Translations under genes and position numbers: made by a program
Source: Octopus bimaculoides
Taxonomy: Eukaryota
Direction: 5' to 3'
Assembly: GCF_001194135.2 (NCBI RefSeq)
Contig: NC_068990.1
Location: 2,303,245-2,367,244 of the forward strand
Length of the DNA stretch: 64,000 nucleotides
Part shown: positions 1-13,185 of the stretch, piece by piece
How the letters are laid out: each line of letters starts with the position of its first letter
Numbering within the stretch: position 1 is the stretch's first letter
Notes under the pieces: model-generated
Told to the model about the DNA's origin: nothing
Database searches by the model: none
Seen by the model: the letters and a program-made list of their open reading frames with translations, nothing else

Positions 1-401
1 AAGGATGTTGTAGCTGTAGCTTATAACTGGGACAGCTAAAGTGTTGATACCCATTATCTTGTTTTTAGCATTGAGCTCTGTTTTTAGTAGTGATCTAACT
101 CGTCTATAGTACTCTTTCTTTATTTTTTTCTTTCATTTGTGTATGTTGTATCCTATCTAGTTCATTGACTCCTAAATACTTATATGGTTGGCTTTCGTCT
201 AGTTCTCTTATTTCATTGGCTTTATCTAGTGTTATATTGCTACTTTTAACTAATTTTCCTCTTTTCAGGGTTGCTTTGGCACATTTTTCTAATCCGAATT
301 TCATTTCTATTTCCTTGGTAAAGCCGTGTACTGTCTGTAGTAGTGTTTCTAGCTCTTTGTCGTTTTTTGCATATAATTTTAGGTCATCCATATATAGAAG
401 G
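1..401 (-). mobile_element. Dong/R4-clade non-LTR retrotransposon, 5'-truncated RT fragment (runs off the left window edge)
   Basis: Minus strand LLYMDDLKLYAKN...MKFGLEKCA...YKYLGV (ORF 104-391); after a frameshift near 110 it continues YYRRVRSLLKTELNAKNKIMGINTLAVPVISYSYNIL. These are motifs typical of R4/Dong RT and thumb regions. Confidence 0.85.
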
Positions 402-422
402 TATTATTATTATTATTATTAT
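402..422. repeat. (TAT)7 microsatellite joining two retroelement fragments
   Basis: Directly visible. Confidence 0.95.
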
Positions 423-679
423 CATTATGTTGATGACACCTTTATACTCTGGCCCCGCCAGCAAGATGTCCAAGTGCTGTTAGATCATATGAACTCAATA
501 AAGCCACCCATTCAGTCCACAACGAAAAGGAAAAAGACAATCGGCTAGCGTTCCTGGACGTATTAATAACACGCACCAAGAATGGATTCAAGACATCCGT
601 ATATCGCAAGCCGACCTTTACTCGACGATACCCCAACTTCAATTCCCACCATCCATACAGTGTAAAGAGAGGGATTCTA
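423..679 (+). mobile_element. Penelope-like element RT fragment (frameshifted)
   Basis: HYVDDTFILW...LLDHMNSIKPPIQST, frameshift near 525, then KDNRLAFLDVLITRTKNGFKTSVYRKPTFTRRYPNFNSHHPYSVKRGIL. Matches PLE RT motifs YVDD, FLDV, VYRKPT and SxHP. Confidence 0.85.
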
Positions 680-2866
680 ATAGAAAAGGAAGACGGAGGA
701 AAAGAAATCGCCAACGATTCACATGTGGTTACATTTTGAAATGGCCGTATGCTCATTCGGTGTTAATTTGCTTATCTCCCCGTGACATAGCGGTTCGTTA
801 AAAGAAAATCTGTTAAGCAACAACTACCCTAAAATATGGACACTTTATGTAGTTTAAATCCTGAGATATGTTCTATAATGACATTTAGGTCACTATCACT
901 AGCTCATTATGGGCCAAAATACATAGTGTGTAATATGGCGCGATTAGGATCCTTATTTCTGGTGTAGCAATTGCAAGAATATTCTTAGAATACCATTGAT
1001 CGGGGAAGATGTGAAGCATGAAAATGCATAAAAGAAGTGAGTGTAGGAAGTGGAAGAGAAGGGAGAGAGATAGAGAAAACGAAAAACCCAAATAGGAAAA
1101 TGACTATAACAGACAAAAAAATAAGGACTACAGCGAAAGAAATTATTCACGTGCATCCTGGAAAATTATATATTAGGTCAAAAGCAATCGTCGAAATACA
1201 ATAAAATTATTAATAACCTAGCTATAACAGAAATAAAATAAAACAGTGAAGCAGGAAAATAATAGAGTGCAATATGGAGTAAGATGCAGGGATATTTTTG
1301 CCAGTGGAACGTGTATATTGTTAAGCCATTTAAGAAGGGAATAAAAGAAGAAAAGATTATCAATTCTATAAGAAGTAGTTAACAATTTAGGAATTGATTA
1401 AAGGGGGATACACGTCTTTAAGTATGGAGTATGGAGGAAAAATTAGTGAAAGGTTAAATAATACGTAGAACTCTAACAATTACAAAAAATATGGCACATT
1501 CCATATCCTTGACTCATTTATGCCTCTTTTATTGAATGCCAATCTAACATTATTCCGCTATGACATTCCAAGCACTTCACACACATTGTGTTTATATCCG
1601 AGTCCACCTACGTATACCGTATTGCATTGTTAACAACAGTAATGACATCACCGGTAGTATTCTCTTTGAATACCACATGGACTTGTAAAATCATTATACA
1701 TATAATGTTGGTATATGCAATAGCATAATGTTTGATATACCAGTTCTACTGGTTACCGATACGATCCTAAGTAGTTAACACGTGCTATACCGCTAAATTT
1801 ATTAGTTTGATTGTTTACTTTATACTCTGGTATAGATGAGCGTTTCTCGGATTCTCTGTTTGTATTGATCACTGGATACGAATAACTTTCATCTCTATAA
1901 CTGCTGTTAATCTGGATTTTGCATGGAGTGCTCACTGAAATATTGACCCTGATTTTCTGAATCCCCATATATATATATATATATNNNNNNNNNNNNNNNN
2001 NNNNNNNNNNNNNNNNNNNNNNNNNNNNNNNNNNNNNNNNNNNNNNNNNNNNNNNNNNNNNNNNNNNNNNNNNNNNNNNNNNNNNNNNNNNNNNNNNNNN
2101 NNNNNNNNNNNNNNNNNNNNNNNNNNNNNNNNNNNNNNNNNNNNNNNNNNNNNNNNNNNNNNNNNNNNNNNNNNNNNNNNNNNNNNNNNNNNNNNNNNNN
2201 NNNNNNNNNNNNNNNNNNNNNNNNNNNNNNNNNNNNNNNNNNNNNNNNNNNNNNNNNNNNNNNNNNNNNNNNNNNNNNNNNNNNNNNNNNNNNNNNNNNN
2301 NNNNNNNNNNNNNNNNNNNNNNNNNNNNNNNNNNNNNNNNNNNNNNNNNNNNNNNNNNNNNNNNNNNNNNNNNNNNNNNNNNNNNNNNNNNNNNNNNNNN
2401 NNNNNNNNNNNNNNNNNNNNNNNNNNNNNNNNNNNNNNNNNNNNNNNNNNNNNNNNNNNNNNNNNNNNNNNNNNNNNNNNNNNNNNNNNNNNNNNNNNNN
2501 NNNNNNNNNNNNNNNNNNNNNNNNNNNNNNNNNNNNNNNNNNNNNNNNNNNNNNNNNNNNNNNNNNNNNNNNNNNNNNNNNNNNNNNNNNNNNNNNNNNN
2601 NNNNNNNNNNNNNNNNNNNNNNNNNNNNNNNNNNNNNNNNNNNNNNNNNNNNNNNNNNNNNNNNNNNNNNNNNNNNNNNNNNNNNNNNNNNNNNNNNNNN
2701 NNNNNNNNNNNNNNNNNNNNNNNNNNNNNNNNNNNNNNNNNNNNNNNNNNNNNNNNNNNNNNNNNNNNNNNNNNNNNNNNNNNNNNNNNNNNNNNNNNNN
2801 NNNNNNNNNNNNNNNNNNNNNNNNNNNNNNNNNNNNNNNNNNNNNNNNNNNNNNNNNNNNNNNNNN

Positions 2867-2948
2867 TTACATGTACACTATTTACATGTACACTATTTAC
2901 ATGTACACTATTTACACATACACTATTTACATGTACACACATACACTA
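2867..2948. repeat. 15-bp minisatellite (TTTACATGTACACTA)n
   Basis: About five copies at the right edge of an N-gap; the array probably extends into the gap. Confidence 0.85.
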
Positions 2949-3359
2949 TGTATTTATATATACAGAATTAGGCAAATGTCACCCAACAACTCAAAGTTCC
3001 ATAAATACTTAATATTCAATTTTATTCATTCATTCCTCTTATGAATGTTTAATAAATGAATGATGTGAGTTAAAATCACCATTTCTATTTCAACATTTGT
3101 CTATTTTTCAGCGAAGTGACATAAAATAATGTTTCTATTTTCATCTTGGTATTAAATGGTTTTCATTTACTGTCAGTTGATTTTTGGCCAAGCCTGTATA
3201 TTCAGACATGTATATGTGCATTAACTTCGTTACTATAGCAACACTCCGCATACTTATTGATCAGACCTCGCATCCATCCATCCATCCATCCATCCATCCA
3301 TCCATCCATACATGGGTATATATAATTGTGTGTCATTGTATTTGTGCATATATGTATTC

Positions 3360-3394
<35 letters not shown>

Positions 3395-3623
3395 TTTGGT
3401 ACAGTTTTAGCAAGTATAAACATGATTTTTTTTTTTTAATTTTATTTTTGTAAAAAAAGAATGTAAATTCTTTATCAAACGCCACTAATCTTTTAGGAAG
3501 AAGGTTCTTCCGAGTGTGTCTGAGCGTTTTTCGACTATCTTTTCAAACACACGTGTTTTTGGATAGGGTATGAAAGAAACAGTTTTTTTTTTATTTCTGT
3601 AGTACTGTTAGTATTAACTATTT

Positions 3624-3960
3624 TCAACTTATTTTCGGATTTAGGGTTTTCATGAAGCATTCTTTTTTTGTCTTTCATAACTAATCATTTTTATTCAATA
3701 TTTTGTGAAAAGGGAATATATAAATATTCTTTTATCCTTGTTTATTATATAAAGTGCTGATTATTTTCGGTTTAGTTTCGGATTTAGAATTCTTATAAAG
3801 TATTCTGTTTCTGTATTTTCGTTGTTGATCATTTTCATCGTATATTTTGTAACAGGGGAATGTTTTAAAGTTTTCATTTCAACAAATATCTAAATGTTCA
3901 CTGCATGGGACATTCCTAAGAGATGAATGCCTAATTTGCTGTTTATGCACATTTACAATA
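3624..3960 (-). mobile_element. Penelope-like element, GIY-YIG endonuclease C-terminus with a partially duplicated 3' end
   Basis: Minus strand VHKQQIRHSSLRNVPCSEHLDIC*NENFKTFPCYKI..., then after a frameshift TETEYFIRILNPKLNRK* (stop 3761-3763). A second diverged ending KDKKECFMKTLNPKIS* lies at about 3624-3678. Confidence 0.7.
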
Positions 3961-4382
3961 CTGGTCAGTTTCCATATAAAAGTGAGTTTGGAGGGATGTA
4001 TTATCCTCCCAAATACTGTCTATGCACTCAGTTAAGTTCCGGTTAACGGCTAACCAAAACAATCAGTATCTGACGTCTGTTTGCATTTAGTTGCTAGTCA
4101 CACCATAAATTCTTCAGATGGGTAATTCGGCGTACTCTTCGATAGATGGGAAAAAATGTCTGTAGTATATATCAATATGAATTAAAATAAAGAGTAAAAG
4201 GACTTCAACGTCCAGAAAATCTATCTTATAGTTATATACACTTTTTACTATCCACTCACTACCGGTATCATCATCGTTAACACCACCATTAACCCCATCA
4301 CCACCATCACGTGAAAACTTAATGCATCGTCTGGCATACCGTCTCTCACTTTCTACCTTCCTTTAACCTATATATATGTATG

Positions 4383-4415
<33 letters not shown>

Positions 4416-4884
4416 NNNNNNNNNNNNNNNNNNNNNNNNNNNNNNNNNNNNNNNNNNNNNNNNNNNNNNNNNNNNNNNNNNNNNNNNNNNNNNNNNNNNN
4501 NNNNNNNNNNNNNNNNNNNNNNNNNNNNNNNNNNNNNNNNNNNNNNNNNNNNNNNNNNNNNNNNNNNNNNNNNNNNNNNNNNNNNNNNNNNNNNNNNNNN
4601 NNNNNNNNNNNNNNNNNNNNNNNNNNNNNNNNNNNNNNNNNNNNNNNNNNNNNNNNNNNNNNNNNNNNNNNNNNNNNNNNNNNNNNNNNNNNNNNNNNNN
4701 NNNNNTATATATACACATATATATATATATAAATATATAAATATATATATACATATATAAGTACACACATATATATATAGACACACACATATATATATAT
4801 ACACACACATGCATACATATGTATACATCTTTCTCTACTTCAATTTCTCGCTCTAGTTCCCTCCCACTCACTCGCCCACACTTC

Positions 4885-4915
<31 letters not shown>

Positions 4916-5142
4916 CTCTCTCAAACTTACGAAGCGTATTGTGTGAACGAACAAACGAACGAACTGGCGAACGAACAAACACGCAGAATCATAATATGGA
5001 TTGTGGCAGACAATAAAACTGAAAATTTAGTTCTAGTTACAGTTTGTAATGTTCAACTGTTTATCTTCAATCAATCGATGTATGTATGTAGATAGATAAA
5101 TAGATGCCTTGGAGGATAGAAAATAGAAAGATGGCTGACTAT

Positions 5143-5146
5143 ACAC

Positions 5147-5200
<54 letters not shown>
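5143..5200. repeat. (CA)n microsatellite
   Basis: Directly visible. Confidence 0.95.
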
Positions 5201-5202
<2 letters not shown>

Positions 5203-5437
5203 AGTTAAATCAAACTGAAATAACTTTTGCAAATAGCTGTACATGCTAGTTATACCTTTTTTGGGGTAGCAACCCAAAGGCTGAGGCCATACCGTGGCAC
5301 CACAATTATTTACTATTTTCTGATTTATTTATTTGGTTTAAATGTTTGTCCATATTGTTAGAGTACACAGATATGCAACGACTGAAATGTAAGTAGAATA
5401 GGATAGAAAGATAGACAGGAGGAAAGATAGATATGAA

Positions 5438-5565
5438 GGTAGGTAGATTTGTAAGTAGGTAGGTAAGTATGTATGTACGTATGCATGTATGTATGTATGT
5501 ATGTATGTATGTATGTATGTATGTAGGTAGGTAGGTAGGTAGGTAGGTAGGTAGGTAGGTAAGTA
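5438..5565. repeat. Compound (TAGG)n/(TATG)n tetranucleotide repeat
   Basis: Directly visible. Confidence 0.95.
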
Positions 5566-8500
5566 GTTATGTACATAGAAAGAGAGGTAGATTGATTTAC
5601 TGTTTGATTGATTTATTCTTCAATGCTGCCTATGTCGACGTTTACATCATCTCAAAAATCAAACGTTTCGGAAAGATATACAATCATTCAATATTACAAA
5701 ATACTGCTAGTATTATTGTTATTATACATTATTTGTCATATAGCATCTTTAAAGATGTATGTTGCTCAATCGTTCTAGTATTTGCCTGGAAGTAATTGGC
5801 GTATTATCGCTCGCCACCAAAGCGAACGAATTAAAGCTAAATTAGACGCCATTTATTTTAAATGCGGAATATAAATGACCTGTCAATATACCCCAAGATT
5901 CTCCATCCTTAGTTCTTCAAATATTGTCACCACCTTCTTTCGAAGCAACAGAAGCAAAAACAGCCACAAAAACAGCGGTAACAACCACCACCACCACCAC
6001 CATCATCATCACTACCATCACAGCCACCACCATTACAACAACAATATTATATTTGTTACATGTTTTCGTCAAAGTCTATTAATCTGTAAAACAATAATTA
6101 AAAATACTCTCGAATATGAAAGATCAGAATATTTCTATTTATATTTCTAAATAAATCGGTTTGCAAGAATCAAACAGAAGAATGCAAAATAATTTGTTTA
6201 AACGAAACAGAATAATTGAAACAATGAAGAACAATAAAACACAGTCACTTTAAACTTATTTTCATATAAATAGCAAAAGTTCTTAGGTTAGTGTCCGTTT
6301 GTTGTATACTGATTTGAAATTCTGTAAATATTAAATGAGTACAGTGAATAGAACACTATTTCTACCTGTAAGTTTTGCTAGTGAAAAATAAATAAAAGTA
6401 GAGAAAATTTATGAGCTCGTGCTGAAATAACTTTCAACTGGGTGTAAGCAGACATGTAATTTATTTCCCCTTTCGTATCCCGACTTTTCTTTACATCTCT
6501 CACTGTCACCCTTTCTCTCTCTTTCATTCTTTCTCGCCTCCTTTCTGTCTTTCTCATTCTGTATCTTTCTCATTCTGTATCTTTCTCTCTCCTGTATTTT
6601 TTTTCCTATTCGTTTCCTATTTTATTTTGTGACCTTACTTCTCGTTAACTATTATTTCCAGACGTATTACTAATGTCAAAGTGACCTTCTTATGCAGAAA
6701 GTTCCCGAGCCTTCCTTTTAATAAATGTATATACAGTAATTCAATAAACAATGTTCTCCAAATATTTTTCGCTTGTGAATAAATCGCTAAAGTAGAAAAA
6801 ATAAAACAAAACACTATTCACAAATTCTTTCTTGGACATTTTCACAAAACATTTGCAAATACACTGTCCCAATAGAAATATAAAATCATTGACGCATACA
6901 GCTCAACATTCATTGGAACATGGTTTCATAAACACATATATACGTTCGCACACTCACAACAAATCGTTGGGAAAAAAATACACCAACACACTAACAAAAG
7001 TAAACATACAACAACATTTTCAAAACGGTCATTATAAAGAGGCGTTCTCACTGGATGTTATATACATACATACATACTACATAACATTGTGAAATACAGA
7101 TACATAATAAACGGGAATTTGAGAAAACGCCTGCGACAAAATTCAAATATAGTGAAAGTTATTTTGATTTTGTTCTTATAGAAAGCTATGAATGAATATG
7201 CAATAAGAAAACATTACACGGGATGTCATGTTGTGGCGAAATCAGGTGCTGAGATAACACAACAGAATTTGCTGCTAATAGGAAATATTCAGAATTCACT
7301 TTAGTTATTAAATGATATTAAGAATTGAAAAAAAAAAAAAAAATATATAGTTTTCATTTGGCGTTCGGGCTGAATTTGACGATTTTTTATGTCTCCTTTT
7401 TATGGGAAGAGCTTGGCGTATTGGTGAACAGTCGAGGGCATAATGATTGTTCGAGGGGATAAGGATCAGAACTAAAGTTCAGAGAAACTTAGCTTAGATG
7501 GAGGCCCAGAGGTCATGTGAATACTGAAAAAGAGTTACCTGCTTATGATGAATCGCGCTGGGTAACAAAATGATGCAACCTCTTGCAATAAACCTTGTGA
7601 TGACAACCTGCTCTCGTCATCAGCATCGTCATCATCATCAACGTCATCATCGTCGTCGTCGTCATCGTCATCATCATCATCATTGAATGAAAACGCACCG
7701 AATGCTATCAAAGTGACACAAGCGTACAAATATACGAAGCCTAATATGCCTATCATGAAAACCCATTTGACAATGATGCTTCTTATATATCTTTCCTAAC
7801 CATTTTTCGCAACATACTAATCTCATATCAAGATAAACAGTGCATAATCTTGCAAGTGAGGCCCAGTTAGAATTTTCTTCAGAACGAGTTGTCTATCCCG
7901 TTCAAAAGGTACCCGAATACGGGTTGTTTAAGGATGACGAAAGAGAGACCAAAGTTTCCAAGGATTAATTAGTCAAACACCAAAAGAATTCCTCTCAACG
8001 AGTTGTCAATTGTTAGCATAGTGTAGGTCAATGATGTAGTAGGTATATTGCGCAATGTGTTCTGTATTATATGATTATTATTGTTCATCTGAATTCTTAT
8101 ATGTCATTCCTTTTTTCTTATACTCCACATCATTGTTTCATATTTCCCCAAATCGGTTAATATTCTGTTGCTGCGAAAACGTCTTGCAATGCTATGTTGT
8201 TCCCGTATATTTTTTTTAAATATTCATATCACGGTAGAAATTTTTAGAATTTATTTGAAGTATACAATGTGGTTGAAGAAGCGCAAGAACAAAGAAATCA
8301 GCGAACTGGAGCCAGTAAAGTAACATGAAAGGAATAATTAAAACAGCATCACAGGAAAAAGAAAAGCTGCAAATAGTATGAAATCACGAGAAAGAAGAAT
8401 TTATACTCCATCTACAAAGAAATGTGAAGTTTCAAAGTAGCAGCGGAGTTGAATATTGAATGAACATGCTAAACAAAACTGACGTATGTTAACTGGTAAA

Positions 8501-9629
8501 AAGTGATATTAACAAAAATACGAGCAGAAGCAGAAGAACCTATGAAATAATTACAATATGGAACATACCCTACATGAGTGAAATATTATAACTCAAAAAC
8601 CTGCAAATAGTCAGCTTTGGTCGACATATATACATAAGATAATACTGTTGGAACAACCTATATTAAAAAGGCAAGATCAATGCTTTTTGAATAAATTTCC
8701 GTAAAATTTTGAGGGTTAATATTTCAAAGGTAGGTTCCCAGAGAGAGTTCAGCTCAGGGAATTTGCAAGGCTTCCGAGGTTAGAGGTATCGGTAAAATTA
8801 ATTCTCTTTTTACACAGATGGGTTTTAAAAATTTCAAGGACTGGGACAGAAAGTGAGGGGGTTCATTTACGTGCATAGAAGGGATTTTAGTTAGTGCTGA
8901 GTCTACATATCATGGCTGTATACACAATATGTGTGACATGAAGCGTGAAGCTGACACATGTGGATCACTTAGTTCCTGCCAGATGTAGCAGTAGATCTGC
9001 CAACTCTCAGAAACTGAAGGCACTGTAGAACTGGTAGCAGGAGTGTAATGTGGGCATAAGTTTGTGGAAAGGTGTTTGGAGTGAGTTGGGTCTAACCCCA
9101 GTAGGGTGGCCTTATATTGGGCGTGGTTTAGGATGTCTGCGTGTTCTGTTACAGTATTGTCTCTGATGTTGAAGTAGTTTGCATTATGAGTCTCCAAATC
9201 ATTAAGGTGTCTAAAGAGTTAAAAAAAACTGTTGAAATGCTATATCTTTCATAGTAAAAAGGAATAGCAGCCTTTGTGGTGCAGTTTCTTCTGAGTTTAG
9301 GATAAGATTTTGGATATAAAATTTTAGGACGTAGGTATGTGTGATTATAGAGCGTTCTACTTGAAATGTACGATCACTGTTCATTTTAAGCCATTGAAAA
9401 AGCCTGTATTGTATGACCACATTACAGAAAGTTTCAGAATCATAGGGAGCATTGGATGTAACGACTAACGACGTACAGATTACCCAGTATTTGGTATGTA
9501 AGCTGGCTGTCAAGACAAAGGATAAAATGAGGAAATGTAATGTCATACTTTGTTTCTAATCCGGCGTTCACAGTCAGCAAAAAGAACTACAACGATAATA
9601 ATAACAGTTTCGAGGGGCGAAGCATATTC

Positions 9630-9728
9630 CGCATCACCGATCCAAGTATTCATACCGCTTCGTTTTTATCGACCCCGAAAGGATTAGACGCAAAGATGAC
9701 ATCGGTTGGATTTCTATGCAGAATATAA
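9630..9728 (-). mobile_element. SINE fragment (family A, core TTTTATCGACCCCGAAAGG)
   Basis: Reverse-complement similarity to the copy at 14068-14295. Confidence 0.65.
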
Positions 9729-9792
9729 CAAATGGAAAATATCATATGACAATATTTCCGACGCTTTAGATATTGCATCAATGCGTCACCCT

Positions 9793-10065
<273 letters not shown>

Positions 10066-10066
<1 letters not shown>

Positions 10067-12240
10067 CAATAAATGCAGCACACACCACCCCAGCAGCACA
10101 ATGGCGCAACAAATGATGCAATAGAAGGTTGCTTGAAACTACCAGATGTCGAAAAATATTAGTGGAGCTTCCGAAATATCACTGGTTGTAACAGCGAAGA
10201 TGAAGCTGGACCTTTAAGGGAAAGCCTCTCGCTCGGCAGTGGTTCAGTAATGATGTAGACTAACCACAGCATGTGGTTCAGTAAAGATACAGACTGACCT
10301 AATACAGCATCGCAGATCATAGATTAAGGAGGCGGAAGTGGAGAAGCAAAGAAAACACGATAACGATGCAGTGCTACGTAGAAATGGAACCTAAAAGATG
10401 AGGCTATAAAAAACGGATGTTAACACTTTGGGTAGAAAAGGATATGTTTAAAGTAACTGAGCAGAGGTTAGGAGATCAAGTGAATGCTATTAGGAGTGGA
10501 AAGTTGATGATCCAATTGGAAGTAGAAGAGATCACAGGAGCACTGGAGAAGAAAGACCAGGTATTAGGAAAGACAAACAGCAACATAAGAGATACAGCTC
10601 AAACCAAAGAAGAACCCAAAGTAAAAAAGAAGAAAGGGACAACTAGCACTAATGCTTTAAGTTATTTAAGTGAAGAAGATCAGAAGATTTCAGATAAGTT
10701 GCAGGAAGTAATAACTGACAAAGTAAGAAAAAGATTGCGAACATTAAAAGATACGAATAGAAGGAAGTTAGTAGAAACGACTAGGAAAGTAGATTCTGTT
10801 ATTAGTAGGATAGTTACTAAAAGTATAGAAGGATCTAACTTATTGATCTATACAGGAGAGGTAGTAATCACTAGGAGATAAGATATTTCATAGGGAAAGA
10901 TTAAAAAGAGCGAGTGTGGGAAAGTAGACAACAAAATAAAGTGAAGAGTTTAAAACAAGATATGAGTAGAATAGAAGCCTGGAAACTGAACAAGTTAGGA
11001 AACATAAGACGCAAATCTTCCCTTGAGAAAAGACACTTAGTCAAAGAGAAATGATTTGAGACAGCATTAAAAGCTGAAACAACGTATCATAGCAATAGCA
11101 GACAGGCTCTCCACATATATGAAAAGAATAGATGACTTCCAACAAAATGGATTATTTGAGACAAACCAGATGAGATTTTATAACCAAATAAAATAGTGGA
11201 GAACGAGGTACTGAAGATGAGAAATCTAATGCAGAAGAAGCTAGAAAGTTCTGGAATAATATTTGGGATAAGCCAGTCGATCATAATGGAGATGCTACTG
11301 ATATTAACCCACTTCTGCCTTCCTTTCTAAGTAAGTAGAAGACTGTGTGGAGCTAGCTAGACTAGATGCAGACTGCTATGTGTGTTATAGTGAAGTTTAT
11401 TAAAAGCTGCCTGACACAGGAAACCAAACGCACCAAGCAAATTTAAAAACGAGAAAAAGAACAGAAGAAGGTGTAGATTCCCCAAAATAGTTGCAGCAAA
11501 TATCGGTAGTGAGACATGGTTTTGGTTGCAGAAAGGAAGACAGAAAGTTTGTTAGTGGCAGCACAAGACCAAACATTGAGGACTAATTGGATAAACGCTA
11601 AGATAGGCAAAAATCAAATAGATTCCCAATGTAGGCTGTGCTAATCAAAAGAAGAAAGTGCTACTCATATAGTAAATGAAAGTAGCATGCTGGCATAGAA
11701 AGAATACAGTAAAATACATGACAAACACGGGAGAGTAATCCACGGGGAGTTATGTAGAAAGCTAGGATTTGGACGTACTGATAAATTGTATGAACATGGA
11801 CCTAGCAAAGTACAAGAAAGTAAGAAATATAAGATGTTGTGGGACTTTAACAAGCAGACTGACAGAGTAATAGAAGCTAGAAGGTCTGATTTAGTAGTGG
11901 TAGATAAAGAGAAAGGAAAGTGCCAGATAATTGACTTTACAGTCCGAAATGATGAAAACGTCAATATGAGTGGCATAGAAAAAATAGCAAAGTACCAGGA
12001 CCTATGCATTGAATTACAGAGACTACAATGGAAAACGCGGGTAAAATGTATTTCAATAGTTACAGGTTCATTAGAAACAATCGCTAAAGAGAAACTAGGC
12101 ATAAAACCGTGTTTAGTACACCGTTAGTAGGGACAGCTAGTATACTTAGGAGTGTTCTTGTCATCTAAGCTTACTTGTTGTAGCCCGATGTTAGGATTTT
12201 TCCTCTTCCAACAGTCTAATCTATTGTGTGCACATGACTA
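10066..12240 (+). mobile_element. Dong/R4-clade RLE non-LTR retrotransposon, internally deleted (no RT), decayed
   Basis: N-terminal KWRSKENTITMQCY..PKR*GYKKRMLTLWVEKDMFKVTEQRLGDQ; pre-RT LKQRIIA..FQQNGLFETNQMRFY..EEARKFWNNIWDKPVDHNGDA; then immediately post-RT VEDCVELAR, ESLLVAAQDQTLRTN, Zn-knuckle remnant CRLC..EESATHIV, RLE region LWDF..QTDRVIEARRSDLVVVDKEKGKCQIIDF..KIAKYQDL, and terminal LVGTASILRSVLVI*. Flanked by AAT-rich microsatellite on both sides. Confidence 0.9.
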
Positions 12241-12295
12241 TAATAATGACGATGATGATGATGATAATAATTATAATAACGATGATGATGATGTA
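12237..12295. repeat. (AAT)/(GAT) microsatellite at the 3' end of the Dong/R4 element
   Basis: Directly visible. Confidence 0.85.
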
Positions 12296-12404
12296 CTCTT
12301 CTGTCGAAGACGACGTATGTACGGTCAGCTTTTACGAATGACCTGTACAAATGATTTGTTTATTGTCATCAAATGTTCGTATCGCACATTAGCTTAGTCT
12401 CTCC

Positions 12405-12566
12405 ATCAAATCAACATTGTCTGAACAGATGCACGGCGTCGAAGTGAACGCAGGGCAAGGCGAGATGAAATGTTTTGCCCAGGAACACAACGCACCACCA
12501 GGTCTAGGAACTGAAATCATGATCGCTAGATCGTGAGTGCAGCAACTTAACCACTAAGCCATGCAC
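12405..12566 (-). mobile_element. tRNA-headed SINE (family C)
   Basis: Minus strand GTGCATGGCTTAGTGGTTAAGTTGCTGCACTCACGATC... has an A-box-like start and a degenerate B-box region; related to 45615-45855. Confidence 0.7.
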
Positions 12567-13185
12567 GATGATAATAATAACGATGAAGATAAACATAAGA
12601 ACAGCAGCAAGAACAGCAACAACATCAATAATAATGTTGAGGAGGAGGATGACGTTGATAATGATGTTGGTGGTGGTGGTGGATGTCGACGATGGTTATG
12701 ATGATGATTATGATTAAACTGAAAATAATAGCTGAGGAAGATTTCTTATTGAAACACAACATGATTGCTGAAAAAAAAACACATGATCTTAAAGAAATGG
12801 AAAGCTGAAGGAGATTAGAAACACGTGTTCCAAGATTCACTAATGCATACAACTCAGGAAATAAAGAGAGGAACATAGCCGTGTGGTAAAAACTTGCATG
12901 TGAATTATTTGAAACGTGATGATGATGTCGACGATGATGACGACGCAGACGATGATGATGATGACGATGACGACGAAGGAGGAAGAGGAAGAAGTGAATG
13001 ATGATGATGATGAAGATGATAATTTTTTATTAATTTCTAACAATTAGAAAAATAAATGGTAAATTGACAACTGCATGCTTAGATGAAGTTGCTGACACAT
13101 TATCTATTGATGCTGCTGTTACCCCTTCCCCTTCCCCCTCCGCTTCCGCCTCCCCCTACTACTACTACTACTACTACTACTACTA
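12567..13185. repeat. Low-complexity trinucleotide field (GAT/GAC/GAG/GGT/ACT/CCT)
   Basis: Directly visible. Confidence 0.85.

Noticed and set aside
1500-1968. High-complexity stretch with a 71-aa minus ORF (MGIQKIRV...)
   Set aside because: No recognisable motif, stops in the neighbouring frames, no convincing splice pair.
5875-6150. His-rich 91-aa ORF
   Set aside because: Driven by a CAC/CAT/AAC low-complexity tract; TTG start; no other support.
8600-9546. Two minus ORFs with faint LINE-like motifs (TKYWVI, NEPPHFL)
   Set aside because: Possibly a very old retroelement, but I could not line up enough motifs in order to call it.
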